The translations under genes were made by a program, and so were the position numbers. 32,000 bases of DNA from Phycisphaera mikurensis NBRC 102666 (GTDB lineage Bacteria > Planctomycetota > Phycisphaerae > Phycisphaerales > Phycisphaeraceae). The stretch lies in NCBI RefSeq assembly GCF_000284115.1, contig NC_017080.1:1170001-1202000 (forward strand), given 5' to 3'. The notes beneath the pieces are model-generated. The model was not told the DNA's origin and searched no databases. It was given only the letters and a program-made list of their open reading frames with translations. Of this stretch, positions 17,828 through 26,955 are shown in pieces; position 1 is the stretch's first letter, and each line of letters begins with the position of its first letter.

Positions 17828-18616
17828 ATGCCCCGACGCTCCGCCCCCGGGATGCTGCTCCCCCTCCTGCTCCTGGCCGCTTGCGCCGAGTCGGCACCGG
17901 CCGGTCCCGCGGCGTCTCCGGCCGCCGTCGCCGGGGGCGACGGCTACGCCACGCTGCCCGCCGCCTCCCGCGACGGGATCGGCAAGGCGTACCTCGGCCG
18001 CGAGATCTCGCAAGTGATGGGCCACCTCGGGGCGGGCTGGCTGGAGCGGCCCGAGCGGGAGCGGGAGGAGCGGACCGACCTGCTCGTCGACGCGCTCGAT
18101 CTGGCGCCCACCGACACCGTGGCCGACGTCGGCGCCGGCACCGGCTACTTCACCTTCCGCCTCGCGGAGCGTGTGCCCGAGGGCCGCGTGCTCGGCGTGG
18201 ACATCCAGCCGGAGATGCTGGCGATGCTCGAGGCCGGCGAGGCCGACCGCGGCCTCGACAACGTCGAGCCGGTGCTCGGCCGGGTGGACGACCCGCGGCT
18301 GCCGGCGGGCGCCGTCGACCTCGTTCTGCTCGTCGACGCGTACCACGAGTTCGAGTTCCCGCGCGAGATGATGGCCGGCATCGCGGCTTCCCTCGCCCCC
18401 GGCGGGCGCGTCGCCCTCGTCGAGTACCGCGGCGAAGACCCGGCGGTCCCCATCAAGCCGCTGCACAAGATGACCGAGGCGCAGGCCGTCCGCGAGATGC
18501 GTGCCGCCGGCCTCGTGCACCTCCGCACCGACGACCGCCTCCCGCAGCAGCACCTGATGTTCTTCGGGCGGCCTCAGGACGCCGCCGCGCCGCGGACCGG
18601 CGGCCGCGGCGGCTAA
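17828..18616 (+). CDS. SAM-dependent methyltransferase with lipoprotein-like signal
   Basis: Lipobox-like LLLLAAC; VADVGAGTGYFTFRLAERVPEGRVLGVDIQPEML; VDLVLLVDAYHEF. Confidence 0.8.
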   Translation: MPRRSAPGMLLPLLLLAACAESAPAGPAASPAAVAGGDGYATLPAASRDGIGKAYLGREISQVMGHLGAGWLERPEREREERTDLLVDALDLAPTDTVADVGAGTGYFTFRLAERVPEGRVLGVDIQPEMLAMLEAGEADRGLDNVEPVLGRVDDPRLPAGAVDLVLLVDAYHEFEFPREMMAGIAASLAPGGRVALVEYRGEDPAVPIKPLHKMTEAQAVREMRAAGLVHLRTDDRLPQQHLMFFGRPQDAAAPRTGGRGG

Positions 18617-18635
18617 GAGCAGCCGCGGTCCGCGG
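18590..18635. repeat. 46-bp dyad element, copy 3, spanning methyltransferase stop codon
   Basis: CCGCGGACCG-GCGGCCGCGGCGGCTAAGAGCAGCCG-CGGTCCGCGG. Confidence 0.75.
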
Positions 18636-18687
18636 ACCCGGTGGTGCCGGGGCTCGCGGATCCGCCCGGTCCGCCCGGCTCCCGCGT

Positions 18688-20208
18688 TCAGCGGACGCGG
18701 GGACGCGGCAGCCGGTACGCCCACTTGCGGGCCAAGCCCGGCAGCCGAACCGGCGTCGTCGCGGCGACCCGCACGTTGTTGTAGAGGCCGGCGGCCATGA
18801 AGCGGACGACGTCGCGGGTGCCCGCGGCGGCGGGCTCGCGGAGGCCGAGCGCGAAGGCCAGGGCGCCGAAGCGGAGCAGCGTCGACAGCGCGAACAGCAC
18901 GTGGAAGAAGGTGAACGTGAAGACGACCCCGCCCAGCCCCAGCGGCAGGCCGGCCGGCAGCACGCGGACGTCCGACCAGCCGCGGAGGTGGTGGGCGACC
19001 ACCCCGCCGACGAGGCCCGAGAGCCCTCCCGCGACCGCGGTCGCCACCGACAGCAGCGCCGCCGACTGCGCCCCGGCCCCCCGCTCGTCTCGCCGGCTGC
19101 GGTCGGCGTCCTTGCTGAACTCCAGGAGGAAGTTGAAGTTCGCCAGCTCCATGCCCGGCCAAGCCGCGGTCGTGAGGATCACGATCAGGTAGCCCGGCCA
19201 AAACAGCTCCGGCGTCATGATCCCCCAGCCAACCGCGCCGAAGCAGACGACCCCGCCGCTGATCAGGACCACCGGCTTCTTCCCGCGGCGGTCGCACATC
19301 CGGCCCCAGAACGGCCGGGTGAACAGCGCCGTCACCATCGGGACCGAGATGATCAGCAGGTTCGCCTTCAGATTGCTCCAGCCCAGCCCCTGCTCCGCGT
19401 CGAGCACGTAGAGCCAGAGGTACTGGCCGATGAAGGCGGTCGCGAGCGTGAAGCCGAAGTTCAAGCCCAGGAAGTGGCGGAAGTGCGCATCCCGCAGCGG
19501 GTTGAGCAGGTCGACGACGCGGAAGGGCGGCCGGTCGTGGCGCTGCTTCCGGGGCCCGGCGTGCGGGTCGGCGATCCTCAGGAAGAGCAGGATGTCGATC
19601 GCCCCGAGCGCCCCGGCCGCCGCCACCATCGCCGAGGTGAGGCCGAGGTCCGCGCCCGGCCCCGGCTCCCCGCCGCCGCCGAAGGCGTCGAGCAGCAGCG
19701 CCGACCCGATCGACGCCGCGATGGCCACCGGCGTCACCAGGCTCGCCCGCCGCGCGAAGTAGCGGCCGCGGATGCGCCGCGGGATGAGGTCGCTCATCCA
19801 GTTCATCCACGCCGGCCCCGTCGCCTGCATGCACGACCAGGCCAGCAGCAGCACCGCCACCACGCCCGGCCACGCCGGAAGGCTCGCGGGCATCAGCCAC
19901 GGCAGAACCGCCGCCGCGGTGAAGCCCAGGCGCCCGACCGTGCCCAGCACGAGGAACAGCGTCCGCCGCCCGCCGCGCGCGTTGATCCACCAGCTCGCCG
20001 GCAGCTGCGACAGCGCGCCCAGGAACGGGATCGCCGCGAGGAAACCGAAGCCCCAGTCCGGCAGCCCGGCGGCCGTGACGAAGCGGGTCATCACCGCGCC
20101 CGAGATGATCCACAGCCAAGCCGATCCGAACGCCCACGCGAGCGTCACCGTGCGGAGGTCTCTCTGCAGCGGCGAGCGGTCGGCGTCTTGGGCGGGGAGC
20201 AGGCGCAT
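18688..20208 (-). CDS. MFS transporter
   Basis: 12-TM-like hydrophobic pattern; MSDLIPRRIRGRYFARRASLVT loop motif; ATG at 20206-20208. Confidence 0.8.
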   Translation of the reverse strand: MRLLPAQDADRSPLQRDLRTVTLAWAFGSAWLWIISGAVMTRFVTAAGLPDWGFGFLAAIPFLGALSQLPASWWINARGGRRTLFLVLGTVGRLGFTAAAVLPWLMPASLPAWPGVVAVLLLAWSCMQATGPAWMNWMSDLIPRRIRGRYFARRASLVTPVAIAASIGSALLLDAFGGGGEPGPGADLGLTSAMVAAAGALGAIDILLFLRIADPHAGPRKQRHDRPPFRVVDLLNPLRDAHFRHFLGLNFGFTLATAFIGQYLWLYVLDAEQGLGWSNLKANLLIISVPMVTALFTRPFWGRMCDRRGKKPVVLISGGVVCFGAVGWGIMTPELFWPGYLIVILTTAAWPGMELANFNFLLEFSKDADRSRRDERGAGAQSAALLSVATAVAGGLSGLVGGVVAHHLRGWSDVRVLPAGLPLGLGGVVFTFTFFHVLFALSTLLRFGALAFALGLREPAAAGTRDVVRFMAAGLYNNVRVAATTPVRLPGLARKWAYRLPRPRVR

Positions 20209-20231
20209 CGCCCGCGGAAGCTACGGGAGGC

Positions 20232-20263
20232 GCGGGCGGGTCGGCGGCGCGGGGCCCGCCCGC
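20232..20263 (-). terminator. Candidate hairpin between lhgO and the MFS gene
   Basis: Perfect 9-bp arms GCGGGCGGG / CCCGCCCGC, no U-tract. Confidence 0.25.
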
Positions 20264-20274
20264 CCGCCCGCCGC

Positions 20275-21504
20275 TCACACCGCGACGGCGGCCGGCCGGG
20301 CGGGCAGGCGCGGCCCGAGCTTCTCGGTGATGAGCTTGCCGATGTTCAAGGAGGCGGTGGCGGCGGGGCTCGGCGCGTTGTTCACGTTGACCACCCCGTC
20401 GGCCTCGTCGACGATGAAGTCGTCGACCAGGGTGCCGTCGCGCTTGAGCGCCTGGGCCCGGATGCCGCTGGGGCAGGCGACCAGGTGCTCGGCCCGGATC
20501 TCGGGCATGAGCCGCGCGAGCGCCTTCACGAAGGCCGCCTTGTTGTAGCTCCGCCACATCTCGCCCACGCCCATCTTCCAGTTCTTCGCGGCCATCTTCA
20601 CGAAGCCGGGGTAGGTCAGCGACTCCCAGAGGTCCCGCGGGTTCATCTCGAACTTGCCATAGCACTCGCGGCCCAGCGCCAGCACGGCGTTGGGGCCGCA
20701 CTCCACGCCGCCGCCGATCATGCTCGTGAAGTGCACGCCCAGGAAGGGGAAGGCCGGGTCGGGCACCGGGTAGATGAGCGTCTTGCAGAGGTGCTCGGCC
20801 TCGGGGGTCAGCTCGAAGTACTCGCCGCGGAAGGGGACGATCTGGGCCGAGGGCTCGTTGCCGGAGAGCTTCGTCACGCGGTCGCAGTGCAGGCCGCCGC
20901 AGTTGACGACGAGCTTCGTTCGGGTCTCGGTCCGAACGTCGCCGTGGTGGCGGAGCGTGGTGACGCCGTCCTTCCCGCGGGTCATGCCGGTGACCTCCGA
21001 AGACAGCAGCACCTCGCCGCCGCGCTCCTCGATGAGACGGCCCATCGTGAGACAGACCTCGGCGTAGTCGACGATGCCGCTCTCGGGGACGTGGATCGCG
21101 CCGACGCTGGCGACGTGCGGCTCGAGCTCGCGGCACCGCTCGCCGGAGATCCGCTCGCAGTCGATGCCGTTGGCCTGGCCCCGCTCGAAGATGGCGTCGA
21201 GCTTGGGCAGCTCCTTCTCGTCGGTGGCGGTGATGACCTTGCCGCAGAGCTTGTACGGCACGCCGTGCTCCTCGCAGAAGGCCTCCATCGCTTTCTTGCC
21301 GGCCCGGCAGTTGATCGCCTTCAACGAGCCCGGCTTGTAGTAGATGCCGCTGTGCAGCACCCCGGAGTTGTGGCCGGTCTGGTGCTTGGCGAGCGTCGAT
21401 TCCTTCTCCAGCACGGAGACCTTCAGCCCGGGGTGGTCCTGCAGCAGGTTCCAGGCGGTCGCGAGGCCGACGATGCCGCCGCCGATGAGGGTCACGTCGT
21501 TCAT
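20275..21504 (-). CDS. lhgO: L-2-hydroxyglutarate oxidase
   Basis: VTLIGGGIVGLATAWNLL FAD-binding motif; HNSGVLHSGIYYKPGSLKA; VPFRGEYFELTPEA; CPSGIRAQAL; ATG at 21502-21504. Confidence 0.88.
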   Translation of the reverse strand: MNDVTLIGGGIVGLATAWNLLQDHPGLKVSVLEKESTLAKHQTGHNSGVLHSGIYYKPGSLKAINCRAGKKAMEAFCEEHGVPYKLCGKVITATDEKELPKLDAIFERGQANGIDCERISGERCRELEPHVASVGAIHVPESGIVDYAEVCLTMGRLIEERGGEVLLSSEVTGMTRGKDGVTTLRHHGDVRTETRTKLVVNCGGLHCDRVTKLSGNEPSAQIVPFRGEYFELTPEAEHLCKTLIYPVPDPAFPFLGVHFTSMIGGGVECGPNAVLALGRECYGKFEMNPRDLWESLTYPGFVKMAAKNWKMGVGEMWRSYNKAAFVKALARLMPEIRAEHLVACPSGIRAQALKRDGTLVDDFIVDEADGVVNVNNAPSPAATASLNIGKLITEKLGPRLPARPAAVAV

Positions 21505-21590
21505 GGAGGGCTTTCGCGGGCGCGCGGGCGGGCCAAGGTACGCCCGCTGCATCGGCCGATCGGGCCGGCCGCATGAAGGCGTGGCGGCGG

Positions 21591-22613
21591 TCAGGAGCCC
21601 GGCTTCTCCATCGGGAAGGCCAGCAGCAGCACCGCGCCGACGAAGCCGGAAGTCAGCTGGTACCCCCGGAGGAAGAGCAGCATCCCGACGATGCCGTTGT
21701 CCGCGCTGTCGCCCGCCGCGAGGGTCGAGATCGCGAGGGCTTCCATGACCCCGAGGCCCTGGTACGTCAGCGGCACGGCGGCGGCGGCGATGCAAAGCGG
21801 CAGGACCACGAGCAGGCGGCCCAGCGAAACGTGCTCCCCGAGGCCCAGCGCGAGGCCCGCGCAGGCGGCGGAGACGGTGAGCAAGCCGTGCACCGCCAGC
21901 GTGAGGGCGATGGCGCGGACCACCGGCCGCATCCCCTGCTCGCGGTACACCCGGGCGGCGCGGAAGACCCCGCCGACGCCCCGCAAGCGGTCGAGGCGGG
22001 CCAGGCGCAGCCCGCGGAAGGTCGGGCCCCAGCCGTAGCCGGCGATCGCCAGCGCCCCGGCGAGCACCACGACGCCCACCGTCAGCACCACCGGGCGGAT
22101 CGTCTCGTCGCCGAGCTGCGTGACCCCGACCAGGGTCGCCAGCACGAGCAGGCCGAAGAGCCCCGAGCAGCGGTCCACGAAGACGCTGAGCCACACCGCC
22201 GTCTTGCCGCCGGTCCCGCGGTCGTGCCCGCGGCCCGCGTAGTACGCCTTCACGACGTCTCCGCCGGTGCTGCCCACGGGGATGCAGTAGTTGAAGAAGT
22301 TGCCGACGTAGGTGAGCCGCAGCGTGCGGAGGAAGGGCATCGGCACCGCGGCCGCGCGGAGCAGGCCCCACCAGCGGTAGCTGGAGACGGGGATCGACAG
22401 CGCGGCGAGGGCGAGGCCCAGCAGCAGCAGGCCCGGGTCGGCGTCTCGGAGGAGGTCGAGGAAGCCGGGCTCGGGGCTCCCGTCGGCGGCCACGCCGCCG
22501 GTCCAGCGCACCGTCTTGACGATGTAAGCGATGCCCGCGGCGGCGACGCCGAGCCGCAACGCGTGCCCGAGGATCCGGCGGGCGAGCGGCTTGGGCGGGG
22601 CGGCGGGCGGCAT
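21591..22613 (-). CDS. Lysylphosphatidylglycerol synthase TM region / UPF0104 flippase-like membrane protein
   Basis: SIPVSSYRWWGLLRAAAVPMPFLRTLRLTYVGNFFNYCIPVGSTGGDVVKAYYAGR; VFVDRCSGLFGLL. Confidence 0.82.
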   Translation of the reverse strand: MPPAAPPKPLARRILGHALRLGVAAAGIAYIVKTVRWTGGVAADGSPEPGFLDLLRDADPGLLLLGLALAALSIPVSSYRWWGLLRAAAVPMPFLRTLRLTYVGNFFNYCIPVGSTGGDVVKAYYAGRGHDRGTGGKTAVWLSVFVDRCSGLFGLLVLATLVGVTQLGDETIRPVVLTVGVVVLAGALAIAGYGWGPTFRGLRLARLDRLRGVGGVFRAARVYREQGMRPVVRAIALTLAVHGLLTVSAACAGLALGLGEHVSLGRLLVVLPLCIAAAAVPLTYQGLGVMEALAISTLAAGDSADNGIVGMLLFLRGYQLTSGFVGAVLLLAFPMEKPGS

Positions 22614-22658
22614 TTGGTTCGGGTCCGGCCCGGGGCCGGGGCTTACGCTATCGGCCGC

Positions 22659-23852
22659 ATGCGCAAACTCTTCCTCTTGGCGTGGGGGGCGGTGGTTCCC
22701 GCCGTGCTCGCGGCGGCCTCGCACGCCGCCCCCGCGGACCGTGGCGGTTCCGCGTCCGCGGAGGCCGCGGTCCGCGGCGGGCTCGGCTTCCTCGTGCAAC
22801 ACCAAGACGCGGACGGCGCCTGGAGCCCCGGGCCCGGCCCGGCGGTGACGGCGCTGGTGCTCCGCGCGCTCCTCCAGGACGGGCGGACGCCGCCGACGGA
22901 TCCGGCGGCGGCCGCGGCGTTGTCCTACGTGCTGGACGCGGTGCAGCCGGACGGCTCGTTCCGCGGCGGGCCCGACGGGATGCTGGCGAACTACAACACC
23001 GCAATCTGCGTGTCCGCGCTGGCGCAGCTGCCCGGCGACCCGAGGGCTTCCGCCGCGGTGCGGGGCGGCGTCGACTTCCTCCGCGCCAAGCAGTGGCAGG
23101 CCGGGATGACGGATCCCGCCGGCGACGCGGTCGACGATTGCCATCCCTACTTCGGCGGCGCGGGCTACGGCCGGCACGGCCGCCCCGACGTCAGCAACAC
23201 GCAGATGATGGTGCAGGCCCTGCACGACGCCGGCCTGTCCCCCAGCGACCCCGCCTTCCAGCGGGCCGCGACCTTCATCGCCCGCTGCCAGGGCAGCGAG
23301 GCGAACGACTTCTTCCCCCCGGGGACGATCAAGCCCGACGGCGGCATCATCTACTCCACCAGCGAGGACCGCGGGAACATCGGCGTGCCGCAGTCGATGG
23401 CGAACCCCGGGCAGCTGGACCCGACGGTCGACGAGGGCCTGCGCCGCCCCGTGTCGGGCCTCCGCGGCTACGGCTCGATGACCTACGCGGGCTTCAAGAG
23501 CTTCCTCTACGCGGGCCTCACCCGCGAGGACCCGCGGGTGGCGGCGGCGCTGGGCTGGATCCGCGAGAACCACACGCTCGAGCGCAACCCCGGCATGCCC
23601 GACGGGCTCGACCAGCAGGGCCTCTACTACTACTACCTCGTCTACGGCCAGGCGCTCGCGGCCTTCGGCGAGGATCTCGTGGAGCAAGCCGGCGGCGATC
23701 CGCTGGACTGGCGCGCCGCGCTGGCGGCGGCGCTCGCCCAGCGGCAGCGGCCGGACGGGAGCTGGAGCAACGACGAGGACCGCTGGATGGAGGGCGACCC
23801 GAACCTGGCGACCGCCTTCGCCGTCCTGGCGCTGCAGGCCGCGGCCCGGTGA
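22659..23852 (+). CDS. Secreted prenyltransferase/squalene-oxidase repeat protein
   Basis: Signal peptide; repeats such as AAVRGGLGFLVQHQDADGAW, VLDAVQPDGSFRGG, QRQRPDGSWSND. Confidence 0.82.
   Translation: MRKLFLLAWGAVVPAVLAAASHAAPADRGGSASAEAAVRGGLGFLVQHQDADGAWSPGPGPAVTALVLRALLQDGRTPPTDPAAAAALSYVLDAVQPDGSFRGGPDGMLANYNTAICVSALAQLPGDPRASAAVRGGVDFLRAKQWQAGMTDPAGDAVDDCHPYFGGAGYGRHGRPDVSNTQMMVQALHDAGLSPSDPAFQRAATFIARCQGSEANDFFPPGTIKPDGGIIYSTSEDRGNIGVPQSMANPGQLDPTVDEGLRRPVSGLRGYGSMTYAGFKSFLYAGLTREDPRVAAALGWIRENHTLERNPGMPDGLDQQGLYYYYLVYGQALAAFGEDLVEQAGGDPLDWRAALAAALAQRQRPDGSWSNDEDRWMEGDPNLATAFAVLALQAAAR
22732..22777. repeat. 46-bp dyad element, copy 4, inside prenyltransferase-repeat CDS after the signal peptide
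   Basis: CCGCGGACCG-TGGCGGTTCCGCGTCCGCGGAGGCCG-CGGTCCGCGG. Confidence 0.75.
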
Positions 23853-23900
23853 GCCGGAGGCCGCGGGAGGGCAGGCGTCACCGGGCGGGCGCAGGCCGAC

Positions 23901-23931
23901 GGCATCGGGCGTCGCGGGGACGCCCGATGCC
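23901..23931. terminator. Hairpin between convergent prenyltransferase-repeat gene and tRNA-Tyr
   Basis: Perfect 13-bp arms GGCATCGGGCGTC-GCGGG-GACGCCCGATGCC. Confidence 0.55.
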
Positions 23932-23940
23932 GGGGCTCAG

Positions 23941-24022
23941 TGGGCAATCCTGGATTCGAACCAGGGTAGACATAGTCAGCTGATTTACAGTCAGCCCCGT
24001 TTGGCCGCTCCGGCAATCACCC
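23941..24022 (-). tRNA. tRNA-Tyr (anticodon GTA)
   Basis: Minus strand GGGTGAT...GCTGA-CTGTAAA-TCAGC...long variable arm...CCTGG-TTCGAAT-CCAGG-ATTGCCC-A; acceptor stem pairs with two G-U wobbles. Confidence 0.95.
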
Positions 24023-24031
24023 AGCAGCCAG

Positions 24032-24061
24032 AAGATAGCGTCATCGGCGGCCCGGATGCAA
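24032..24061 (-). promoter_or_regulatory. Candidate promoter of tRNA-Tyr
   Basis: Minus strand TTGCAT-N18-TATCTT ending 9 nt before the tRNA 5' end. Confidence 0.5.
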
Positions 24062-24132
24062 ACGCGGGCTCCCCGGGCCGCCGGCTGGGCCGCACCGGCG
24101 GCCCGAGCCCGCCCCGCGGTAGCGTCCAGCCC

Positions 24133-25947
24133 ATGCGGTGGTGGTCCCGATCGTCCGAGGCGCTCCGGCGACGCTTCGGCGGCACCGGCTGGAGGCTCAT
24201 GCCGATGGCGGCCGCCGTCGGGGCGGCGATGGGCGTGGTGGCCGTCGCCTTCGACCGCCTCGTCGGGGAGGCGGGCCGGCTGATCTTCTCGCTCCCGGGG
24301 GGCCGCGCCTTCGCCGGCGTCGACCTCGTGCTGCTGGTGCTGCTGCCCGCGGGCGGCGGGCTGCTCGTGGGGCTGATCTCGCTGCTGGCGGGACGGCTGA
24401 CGCCGCTGTCGCGGGGTCCGGGGATCCCGGTGGTGGTGGAGGCGCTGGCGCGGCGGGACGGGGACATTCCCGCGGAGGCCGGGCTGTTCCGGGCGGTGAC
24501 GGCGAGCCTGACGATCGGCTCGGGCGGGTCCGCCGGCGTGGAGGGGCCGATCATCCTGATCGGCTCGGCGCTCTCCTCGGCGCTCGCGCGGCTGGGCCGG
24601 GTCAGCGCCGAGCAGCGGCGGACGCTGGTGGGTTGCGGCGCGGCGGCCGCGACGGCGGCCATCTTCAACGCCCCCATCGCCGCCGTGATCTTCGTGCTGG
24701 AGGTGATCCTGCGCGACTTCTCGACGCGGACCTTCGCGCCGATCGTGGTCGCCAGCGTCTTCGGCACCGTCACGGCGCAGGCGATCCTCGGCCGCAACGA
24801 GGCCGTCTTCGAGGTGGTGACCGAGCTGAACATCGAGCGCGTCTTCACCGGCCAGGAGCTCGCCCACTACGCGGTGCTCGGCGTGCTCGCCGGCCTGGTC
24901 GGCGCCGGCGTGAGCGCGTCGGTGCGGGCGGCGGAGCGGGTGGGCAAGCGGGCGGCCGGGCCGCCGTGGCTCAAGCCGGCCCTGGGCGGGGCGCTGCTGG
25001 GCCTGCTCGGGGTCGTCTGGATGGCGACGCTGGGCCCCGCGGCGGGGGGCGGGACCGAGGCGCCGCCTTTCTTCGGCAACGGCTACCCGGTCATCGAGCG
25101 GCTGCTCCGGCCCGAGACGTACGCGCAGGAAGGCGGCGGCGTCGTGCTGCTCGCGGCGCTGCTGGGGTTCAAGCTCCTGGGCACCTGCCTGACGCTGGGC
25201 TCGGGCGGCGCGGGCGGCGTGATCGCCCCGAGCCTGATGATCGGGGCGACGCTCGGAGCGCTCTTCGCTTCGGTCTGCACGGCGCTCGGCGCGTTCCCCG
25301 GCGAGAGCCCCGCGACGTACGCATTCGCCGGGATGGCGGGCCTGATCGCCGCGGTCGCGGGGTGTCCGCTGGCGGCGTTCCTGCTCGTGTTCGAGATCAC
25401 CGGCGATTACCAGCTGATCCTGCCGGCGATGCTCGTGGCGATCCTCGCCACCGGCGTGGCGCAGCTGTTCGTGCCCGACTCGATCTACGTCGCGATGCTC
25501 CGCGAGCGCGGCGTCCGCACCGGGGCCTACGCCGACTACACCCTGCTGCGCCGGCTGCACGCCCGCGACGTGCCGCTGGTGCCGGCGGTGACGGTGCGCC
25601 CCGAGGCGCCGGCCGCGGAGCTTCTGGCCCTCTCGCGACGCTACGCCGTCACCGACTTCGTGGTGGTCGACGCGAGCGACGGCTACGTCGGCCTCGTCAC
25701 CGCCGAGGACTTCCGCGCCCTCTTGCTCGCGGCGGACGCGCTGCCGCTGGTGGTGGTCGGCGAGCTGATGCGGACGGGCCTGCCGCCGGTGAACCCCGAC
25801 CACACGCTGGACCTGGTGATGGAGCAGTTTTCGCGGCACGACGTCGCGGGGCTGCCGGTGGTCGACGGCGGCGGCCGCATCCGCGGGATGCTGACGCGGG
25901 TCATGCTGATCCGCTCGTACCAGGAGACGCTGGCGGCCCGCGGCTGA
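24133..25947 (+). CDS. ClC-family chloride channel/transporter with C-terminal CBS domains
   Basis: GSGGSAGVEGPIILIGSALSSAL, FNAPIAAVIFVLEV, GSGGAGGVIAPSLMIGA, VAGCPLAAFLLVFEITGDY; paired CBS-like repeats at the C-terminus. Confidence 0.92.
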   Translation: MRWWSRSSEALRRRFGGTGWRLMPMAAAVGAAMGVVAVAFDRLVGEAGRLIFSLPGGRAFAGVDLVLLVLLPAGGGLLVGLISLLAGRLTPLSRGPGIPVVVEALARRDGDIPAEAGLFRAVTASLTIGSGGSAGVEGPIILIGSALSSALARLGRVSAEQRRTLVGCGAAAATAAIFNAPIAAVIFVLEVILRDFSTRTFAPIVVASVFGTVTAQAILGRNEAVFEVVTELNIERVFTGQELAHYAVLGVLAGLVGAGVSASVRAAERVGKRAAGPPWLKPALGGALLGLLGVVWMATLGPAAGGGTEAPPFFGNGYPVIERLLRPETYAQEGGGVVLLAALLGFKLLGTCLTLGSGGAGGVIAPSLMIGATLGALFASVCTALGAFPGESPATYAFAGMAGLIAAVAGCPLAAFLLVFEITGDYQLILPAMLVAILATGVAQLFVPDSIYVAMLRERGVRTGAYADYTLLRRLHARDVPLVPAVTVRPEAPAAELLALSRRYAVTDFVVVDASDGYVGLVTAEDFRALLLAADALPLVVVGELMRTGLPPVNPDHTLDLVMEQFSRHDVAGLPVVDGGGRIRGMLTRVMLIRSYQETLAARG

Positions 25948-25951
25948 GCGG

Positions 25952-25997
25952 CCGCGGACGGTCGATGCCCGTGACGATCGAGGGCCACGGTCCGCGG
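25952..25997. repeat. 46-bp dyad element, copy 5, intergenic; one mismatch in left arm
   Basis: CCGCGGACGG-TCGATGCCCGTGACGATCGAGGGCCA-CGGTCCGCGG. Confidence 0.65.
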
Positions 25998-26022
25998 CGC
26001 CAACCCGCTCTACCTTCTGCCC

Positions 26023-26916
26023 ATGCGGCTGGCTCTCCTCGGCGACGTCCACTTCTTCGAGCTGCGGATGGCGCCCCGCCGGCTGCTGTCCAAGCGGGCG
26101 ATGGGCCACGCGAACCTCGTGCTCAACCGGCGGAAGAAGTTCGCCCACGAGCGGCTGCCGGCGCTGCTCGAGCATCTCAGAGCCCAGAAGCCCGACCGGC
26201 TGCTGATGAGCGGCGACGTGACGACCTCGTCGCTCGAGGCCGAGTTCGCGCGGGTCAGAACGGCCCTCGCCACGCTCGATGACGCCGAGCACGCCATCCA
26301 AACGGTGCTCGTGCCGGGCAACCACGACGCGTACACCTTCCGCAGCCACCGGACCTCGCGCATGCGGACGCTGCTCGCGGACGTGGTGCCGCCGAGCTTC
26401 CCGCACAACGAGCCGCTCGGCGACCGGTGGGAGCTGCTGGCGCTGGACTCGGCGGTCCCCAACCGGATCTTCTCCCGCGGCCGCCTCGGCGCCGAGCAGT
26501 TCGCCGCAACACGGACCGTCATCGAGCGCAAGCGGGCGGGCGAGGGCCTGGTGATCCTGTGCCACTACCCCTGCGTCGTGCCCCGCGGCACGCCCTCGGG
26601 GTGGAGCCACGACCTCAAGGAAGCCGCCGAGCTGCGCGAGCTCCTGCAGGCCAGCCCCGCCGAGATCGTCTTCGTCCACGGCCACGTGCACAAGCCGTGG
26701 TTCATCGGGGGGCCCAGGGGCCTGCGGCCCGGCGTCCGCATCCTCAACTGCGGCTCGCCGTGCATGCTCGGGCCGCGGTACCCCGCCGGGCAGGGGTACT
26801 GGACGATGGACCTGCCGGCCGACCCGACGCGGCCGCTGAACGCGACGCACCACGTGCCGCAGGCGGGCGGCGGGTTCGCGTCGACCGAGCACGCGGCGAC
26901 GCCGGGCCGACCGTGA
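26023..26916 (+). CDS. Calcineurin-like metallophosphoesterase
   Basis: LLGDVHF, RLLMSGDVTTS, LVPGNHDAYT, VILCHYP, VFVHGHVHKPW. Confidence 0.9.
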   Translation: MRLALLGDVHFFELRMAPRRLLSKRAMGHANLVLNRRKKFAHERLPALLEHLRAQKPDRLLMSGDVTTSSLEAEFARVRTALATLDDAEHAIQTVLVPGNHDAYTFRSHRTSRMRTLLADVVPPSFPHNEPLGDRWELLALDSAVPNRIFSRGRLGAEQFAATRTVIERKRAGEGLVILCHYPCVVPRGTPSGWSHDLKEAAELRELLQASPAEIVFVHGHVHKPWFIGGPRGLRPGVRILNCGSPCMLGPRYPAGQGYWTMDLPADPTRPLNATHHVPQAGGGFASTEHAATPGRP

Positions 26917-26955
26917 CCCCGGCCCGCGGGCGTGGCCGAAGCTCCGGCTGAGCGG

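Noticed and set aside
24001-24132. Longer N-terminus for the ClC protein starting at 24001
   Set aside because: It overlaps tRNA-Tyr and its promoter; the ATG at 24133 fits a normal ClC N-terminus.
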